This document shows positions 56,402 to 64,000 of a stretch of 64,000 bases of DNA, one piece after another. The stretch lies in the NCBI RefSeq assembly GCF_009914755.1, contig NC_060942.1, one strand, 5' to 3'. Each line of letters begins with the position of its first letter. The first letter of the stretch is position 1. Origin of the DNA: the human T2T-CHM13v2.0 reference genome, Homo sapiens. The translations under genes and the position numbers were made by a program. The notes under the pieces were generated by a model, which made no database searches, was not told the origin of the DNA, and saw only the letters and a program-made list of their open reading frames with translations.

Positions 56402-56688
56402 CTTTTCTTTTTTCGTTTTTTAATTTTAGTCTTTTTGAGACAGAGTCTCGCATGGTCACCCGGGCTGGAGTGCAGCGGTGTGATCATAGCTCACTGCAAC
56501 CTTGAACTTCTGGCTCAAACAGTCCTCCTGCCTCAGACTCCCGAGTAGCTGGGACTATACGCATGCACCACCATGCCCGTCTAATTTATTTATTTTTTAT
56601 TTTTTGTAGTGATGAGGTCTTGCTATGTTGCCCAGGCTGGCCTTGAATTCCTGGGCCTAAGTGATCCTCCTGCCTCAGCCCTGCAAGT
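56402..56688 (-). mobile_element. AluJ-type
   Basis: Dimer lacking its 5' end. Confidence 0.92.
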
Positions 56689-57604
56689 TCATTTTTCTTT
56701 TTAAAATAAAGTCAGTCAGTTATAAAGCTAGAATGTAAAAACAAACATTTTCTGATGGATTAGAGGATACACACAGCTTTCTGTAACTGAAATGCTGAGT
56801 GCATGTGCAACAGTGCCTTTAAACAATGACCTTGGCCCGCGGTGCAGATTTGATACACTGAGCATAACTGGCTGAATGAGTGCTCCTGGTGCTTTGGCTA
56901 GAGGCAGGACTTGGATGTTGGCAAGGCCCTTACATCGGGCCACAGCAATCTTTCCCAGACTCTGCATGTCCACTTATTTCTAGGTAGGAGACATCATTCT
57001 TTTGATGTATTGCTCTCCAACCGCAATGGTAGAGCAGCACATGATTAAGTCATGGTTAGACATATAAACAATACTTGTAGCAGAAACTTGAGCTGGTGCA
57101 CGTAAAAAAGTGGTTCATTTAATGATGTAACGGCAAAGTGAAGGGACAAAATGGAAAGGGGCGTGCCCAGGGCTCATCTACAAAATCTTTGGGACAATTC
57201 CTCTTGGGAGTCAAGCTTTAGATGCCTGCTGTCCAGCCATGAGAGAACATCAGAGGGTCACAGCATACCCCAAGGTTCCGTTAACAGAGCAAAACATCAT
57301 CCCTTGCAACCCAAAGGCAGGAACACAGCTGGGCCCCAGGAAGACAGGGATTGTACTAGAATCCCTTGCAGTCCTGAGAGTGCTGTCTTCTGGCTGCTTG
57401 GCTTAGCTCCTCTCTGCAACCCAGCTTCCTCTCGCCTTGCTGACTCTCCTGTAGGGAGTAAAAGAGGCTGCCTCCAGCCTCTACTCATACAGCTTTGTTT
57501 CTGTGTGTTTCCCAGCCTCTGCGTGGAAGGACATGCTGAGAGCCCTTTCTCCACCGTGCTTGCATTGACTGATTACATGTCTGTCTGTGACACCAGCTTG
57601 GCTG

Positions 57605-57908
57605 TTTTATTTATTTATTTTTTTTTGAGATGGAGTCTTGCTCTGTTGCCCAGGCTGGAGTGCAGTGGTGTGATCTTGGCTCACTACAACCTGTGCCTCC
57701 TGGGTTCAAGTGATTCTCCTGTCTAAGCCTCCTGAGTAGCTGGGATTACAGGTGCCTGCCACCACGCCCGGCTAAGTTTTGTATTTTTAGTAGGGACGAG
57801 GTTTAGCCATGTTGGCCAGGCTGGTCTCGAACTTATGACCTCAGATGATCTGCCCGCCTCGGCCTCCCAAAGTGCTGGGATTACAGGCATGAGCCATCGT
57901 GCCCGGCC
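57605..57908 (-). mobile_element. Alu (AluS-type)
   Basis: Full dimer. Confidence 0.95.
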
Positions 57909-58560
57909 CAGCTCGGCCCTTTAAATGGACAAAACTGTGCAACCTGGAGGTCTGAGGGCAGCTGCAGCTTTCATCAGCTCCAGCATCCCATTGACGTCTG
58001 TGTTGGGTGACTCAGTATTGAGCAGATCCTGACTGATATAACATCATTCTTCTAAAGTTTCTATTTCTGTATGTTTTATATATTCTATGATACTTTAGTA
58101 TAGTAGTACAGGTACGCAATTTATAAATGAATACACACATATTCGAGGATGCACACAAACCCTTTTACAACTAGGGATGTGCAATCAAAGAAGTTTGGAG
58201 ACTTTTACTTTATGGAATGTCTACACTACGTATAGGATGTTTATCCAGAATATCTGTGGGAATATGCAGTGGTTCATACAAGGCACAGATCATATCTTGA
58301 TAAACACATACTACACATTTTCTTTCTTGACTCCAAAAAAACTTAAAGAGATTTATATCCATAGATCTTAAGATATGTACAGTGGAATTTCATGTTTCAA
58401 ACATTTACTGATATTCTCACATTATCATGAGAAAGAAGACTGGGACTGTGCTGTGGGATTCTTATTAAGTTGTCTATACTTATTTGCATAAAATGATTTT
58501 TAATATAAAATTAACCAAAGTTGCTCAATTATAAGAAATGAATGGCTTTATTTGTGATAC

Positions 58561-58969
58561 TGCTATGATTTGAATGTTTGTCCCCTCTAAAACTCACGTT
58601 GAAACTTAATTCCCAGTATATTGAGAGGTGGGGCCTGTAGGAGGTAATTGGGTCATGAGGGCTCTACTGTCATGAATGGGTTAATCCATGACAGGAGTGG
58701 TATTAATGGGATTAATGGGTTATCACAGGAGTGGCATTAATGGCTTTATAAGGGGAGAAAGAAAGACCTGAGCTAACTCATCCCCTTTGCCATGTGATGC
58801 CCTGCTCCACCTTGGGACTCTACAGAGTCCTCACCAGCAGGAAGGCCCTCACCAGATGCAGCTCCTCAACCTTGGACTCTCAGTCTCTGTAGCCATAAGA
58901 AATAGATTACTTTTCTTTATAAATTACTCAGTTTCAGGTACTATAAATAACAGAAAATGGATGGAGACA
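58561..58969 (+). mobile_element. MaLR solo LTR (MST-type)
   Basis: tgctatgatttgaatgtttgtcccc...gaaggccctcaccagatgcag...aacagaaaatggatggagaca. Confidence 0.88.
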
Positions 58970-59561
58970 GATACCTTGGCTCTGAGCTTTTTTCTTCCTT
59001 GGCTTTTGAAGGCCTCTCCTGGTCCAGTGTGGATTCTGTAAAGCTTTTTTGAAGGTCTTTTAGCAATGAAGAAAGTATGTACTAGGAGATGAAGGCATGG
59101 GAATTGGCTCTAACCCCATTTCTACAAGTAGCGCGACTGTGAATTGTGGTGGGGCTCAAGTTCTTAATGTGTAAAATGGGAACGATGATACCTCCCAGAG
59201 TCATCAGAAGATCAAATACAACCATGAACGTGTTTGTGCTCTACGAGCTGTAATTCCTAAAAGATAGGTAGGTTAAGATGAAGAAAAGGCATTGTTGAGT
59301 TTCTCATGAACTTCTGATGCAAGGCGTGTTCTAGTGTATCATGCGTAAGGAATCTTTTCCAAGCCCGAGAAAAACTATCCGGTGCCAAGTGCATCACCAC
59401 TGGGCATAAGTAGTCCCACCCAAGACAGGAGGGGTGCAGGGCTCCTGCCACTCTGCGTCATGAAGAGGAATTGAAAACAAAACTCCATCCTGTTGAAACC
59501 TTGAGGTCTAGCACTATATCTTGTCCTTGTTTGTGCATCTTACGTGCTTATGCAATAAGGT

Positions 59562-60198
<637 letters not shown>

Positions 60199-63044
60199 TA
60201 TGTACTGTTGAATCTCCAATGTCTAACACAGTGCCTGGTGTGGCCTAGACATGGAATATGTGTTTAGTGAGTGGAAGAATAAAGGCATTACCATACCTGC
60301 TTGTCTCTCTGGCACTTGTCACAGGATTGCAAGCCCAGATGGTGTTTGTGAAGAGGCAGGAGTAGGTACAGTATGGAGGTCTACAGCTTGGGTTTCTGAG
60401 GCACAGACCAGGTTTTCCCAACTGTTTTCCCAGCCTGTTTTCCCAACTGTAAGGCGTCACACTAGTAAGTCTGTCATAGAATTAGATTGAAGATTAAATG
60501 AGGTGATGCAAATGAAAAGAGTCTAGCATACAGGAAAGCTTAACAGAATGTTAACTATCATCACCATCATTACTAATAACATGATTAGTGGTCTTAATAA
60601 TTCATAGATATTCATGATGTGGAACTTGGAATCTCATTAGCTCCGTTTTGTCTTGATGTCTGTGACTGCCTTCTCTTGACTTTTCCCTTAGTCACCATTT
60701 TTTACTGCATTTTCAACCCAACTGGCCACATGTGCCTGCTTTGTAGTCCAGGTTCCCATCAGTGCCCTTGGCCTTACCCTCTGTGAGCAGGAGCTTCGTA
60801 CTCTCTAGCAAGGTTTCAGATTAGTTTTCTGTGCTGGAGGAGTTGGAGGCATTTTTGGTAAGCTAAGGCTGTACTTGAGGACTAATGTCACGCTGTCAAT
60901 TTTAGCTCATTGCTGTGATATCCAGCATAGCAGTAAGGAGCTGATCTGCAGTCACTTGCCCTCCTCTTTGAGCTTCAGCTCTTCTTGGGCTGGGGAACAG
61001 TTGAGGACACTGTCCAGGAACCAGAGACTGAATTTCCATGGCCTCATGGCAGCAGTACATGGATTTAGGTTGTTACCAGGAGGTTTGTCCACATGTGAGG
61101 CTGTCTCTGTTTTCATTGTCAGTCCCAGCCGTCACACCCCCTCTCTCCTTTGAATGAATGAAAGATGCTAGCGTGCCTCATCTCTGACCTCAGGAGGCCT
61201 GGACAATGGAAGAGGAAGTGGGGGCTTTTGCTGCCCTCTGCTCAGAGGCTGCAATGTGGCGTGGATTCTTCTGGCAGCTGTGGTTTAGGCTGCCTTGTGT
61301 TTCCTGGTAAAATTTCTTAAACTAAGAGTAATATTTTAGCATTTTTCTCCAAAGAGCATAGATTGAAGATGAGGGCTTAGTAATTTCCCTTGAGTTGGAA
61401 ATTCATTGATGACTTTTATTTATATTTTGTAATGTCTGTTAAATACTTGCAGAAGTGCTGGATGATTGGAGAAGCTTTAAACCATGAGAAGGTCATGTGA
61501 GCATGGTAGTTGTGGGGATGCAGTAGATAGGGAGTTAGGGTTTTCTCAAACTCTGTACTCCCTCCCTTGCTTCCACATTCCTTTCCTCATGCAGTGCGAT
61601 CAAGTATAGACCCTGATATAGTTAACCTTCATGAGTATAAGACAATTCCTAATACATCATGAGTCAAAAACCATTATTATTTAACTAGAACAGTGTAGAG
61701 TCAGGAAAGCAGGTAAGTTGTGGGCAGACTGTAATATCCCCAGCTTATAAATAATGTGGAAGTGTATTGACTGCTTGCTCTTCTCTGTACAGTTTGCAAG
61801 TGTGCATATATCTCATTTGATTAAATCACATCTGTTGTAATCTAGTGCCCTGATTAAGAGATTACAGCAGTTAACTGTATTGCACAGGACCTTGGCTTGG
61901 CAGTCGGCAAAGCCTTGAGCATTAATTCATATTTGTGAGTGGTCTGAGGATGCTGACTTTTCAAATTTATTATGGTTGGGATTTATGAACTGTTTCTTTT
62001 GTCTGCTCTATAGAAGTGAGCATGGAATGTAAGCCAAGCTGTCATTGTGGAGTCTTAGTGTTGATACGATAGACTCTGGTACTTTAAATCAGGCCACTGT
62101 CATCTATGATAATGCTTGGCACGTAGTAGGTGCTCAATAAAAATGCAGCAAATGAATGAACAGCTCCTAAATGGCCTTTGTTTCCAGTTTTGCTTTTCTC
62201 CAGTCCTCTTAAAATTCCACCACTGTGTGGTCTCATTGGCTCCCATTGCCCTCAGAACAAAGTTCAAACTCCCTAACGAAGTAACTGATGGTGCCCTTGG
62301 CTCCAGTTGTATAAGTTTAGGAGTCTGTTCTGATTGATTGGTGCCTTTCTGCACTATGGGTTTAGCTGACATGCTCCTACCAGAGTTTACGTCTTAGCCT
62401 GCAGTACATTCATTCCTCTCTTGTTTCTGGGTTATTTCTCCTTGGTGGGCATGTCAGTATGAGTTGGCGTTCAGTCAGGAAGCAGAGCTACTCTGAGTGT
62501 TATGGGAAAAGGAATTTATTACAGTAATCCCACTTAATACCAGTGTGGGTGGCTGGGGAAGGGGATGCCTGGGAGTCAGAGCCCGAAGATCAGAGAAACA
62601 TCTCAAAACAGCAGCACCCGGCATGGTGGATGGTTGTGGCTCTCAAGGAAGCTCTGAGAAGCCAGAGGTGCCCAGCAGGGAAGCCGGCCTGCAGTGGGGA
62701 CATGGAGCAGGTGCCTGCGGGCAGCCACTGCTCTGCGTAGCTCCTGCCTCTACACCCTACATTGGGAGGACCGCTGTTGGGAGAAGAGTCAGACACAGAA
62801 GAGAGGAGTGGGGACAAGTGGGGCTCTGCTGGGAACCTTGTCATCTCTGTGTGCTAAAGACCTTCAGAGAGTAATGCCCAGTCTTTACTTCCTGCAGATT
62901 CCTTTTTTGGTCAACTCTAGTCCAGAACTCTATGGAGAAGGGGCTTCTGGGAAGTGAGTGGTGTTCCTAGCTTTAGCCACGTTGAACCTAGGATGATCCA
63001 GGACACCGCATGCTGGGTCTGTGTAACAGTGTCTCTGTGGGCTG

Positions 63045-63102
63045 TGTGGACATGTGTGTGCACATGTATGCATGTGCATGTATGTGTGTGTTCATGTGTG
63101 TG
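63045..63102. repeat. Degenerate (TG)n/(TGCA)n alternating purine-pyrimidine tract
   Basis: Seen directly. Confidence 0.8.
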
Positions 63103-63200
63103 CTTCAGATCCCCTTTGGGGAATGTGCAGGAATGTCAGAAGTAGGGAGATAGAGCCACTGGGTTAGGGCAGAGGGCGAGAGGCCCTCTTTGAGGCCACC

Positions 63201-63645
63201 TGTGGAGGGCTAAGATGACTCCATCCTGGATGCTAATCCATCATGTCGGCTTCTGATTAACTCCAGTTCTGGCAATGCCTCTAAGATTTCTATTTCATCT
63301 TCTTCCTTGTGTAAGAGCATGTACTTACCATAAATCTTGTCCTTAGGTCAAAACAACCTTGATGTTATCGTACTTACCGTAAATCTTGCTGTAAAGCAGT
63401 TGTTCCGCACATCCCTTCTGAAGCACGGACACTGTCCCCCTGTGGTGCGTAAGCCCTGGGCCTGGGGATGGTAGCACAGGGATCCCCCATTTCGCCTGTG
63501 GGCCACCCGAGACGCGGCTCCTGTTCATACGTCCCATTAAATGTTGCTCTCTGAGAAACTGGATTTGTTGCCTCTTTCTTCGACCTCTCAGTTCCCTTGG
63601 CTTTTGGCAGTCGGTTTGCAAAATGACCTGCTCACCACGGAACCA
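63201..63645 (+). mobile_element. ERV1 solo LTR (MER49/MER41-group-like)
   Basis: tgtggagggctaagatgactccatc...ATTAAA near 63536...gagaaactggatttg...accacggaacca. Confidence 0.7.
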
Positions 63646-64000
63646 GCTCATTCCAGTCAGAGTGGGATCAGCAGGATGGGGGAGTGGAAAGCATAACCCA
63701 GGCCCCTCCATCCACATGTTCATGGGGAGGTGCTGGCTTCTTTGCCTCCTGGGGGGAAAAGCCCCAAATGTCTGACCACGCTGACTCACTCGGACAGCCT
63801 TCCTTCTCTGTGGCCTCTGCTTGTGTTCTCCTCCCCCCTCTTCCCTTCTCCATTCACCAGTCCTGCCTGTCTCTTTGCTGGGCTAGTGCATCCTTTTGGT
63901 TTCAGATTTAGTGCCCCTGCCTCCATGAAGCCTTTCCTGATTGTCAGATGCGGGCAGGTGTCCCTGTGCATCCCCATCACAGCACTTGTCACAGTCGATG

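Noticed and set aside
57151-57726. 191-aa ATG-initiated ORF
   Set aside because: Ends in Alu-derived sequence, no recognisable domain, and no promoter or splice support seen

Overview
This is primate genomic DNA, almost certainly human (an AluYa5 insertion is present). It covers about 13.7 kb of upstream sequence, the CpG-island promoter, coding exon 1 (MMAIRELKVCLLG, phase-0 GT donor) and about 50 kb of the long first intron of RAB31 on the + strand; from recall RAB31 lies at chr18p11.22. I found no RAB31 exon 2 in the window. The rest is typical repeat-rich euchromatin: about 37 Alu copies or fragments, a 3.2 kb sense-strand L1MB-type fragment, L2/MIR relics, MaLR/ERV solo LTRs, hAT and Tigger MITEs, microsatellites, and an antisense processed RPL27A pseudogene split by an Alu. 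The supplied ORFs, apart from the L1 and RPL27A-derived fragments, appear spurious (Alu-derived or GC-rich). I see no evidence for a new multi-gene system. The best leads are regulatory or evolutionary: an out-of-frame upstream AUG overlapping the RAB31 start, a CLEAR/USF-type E-box, a candidate poison exon in intron 1, a candidate upstream ETS/RUNX element, inverted Alu clusters, and a young, possibly polymorphic AluYa5. Repeat subfamily names were recognised by eye, and most repeat boundaries are approximate.
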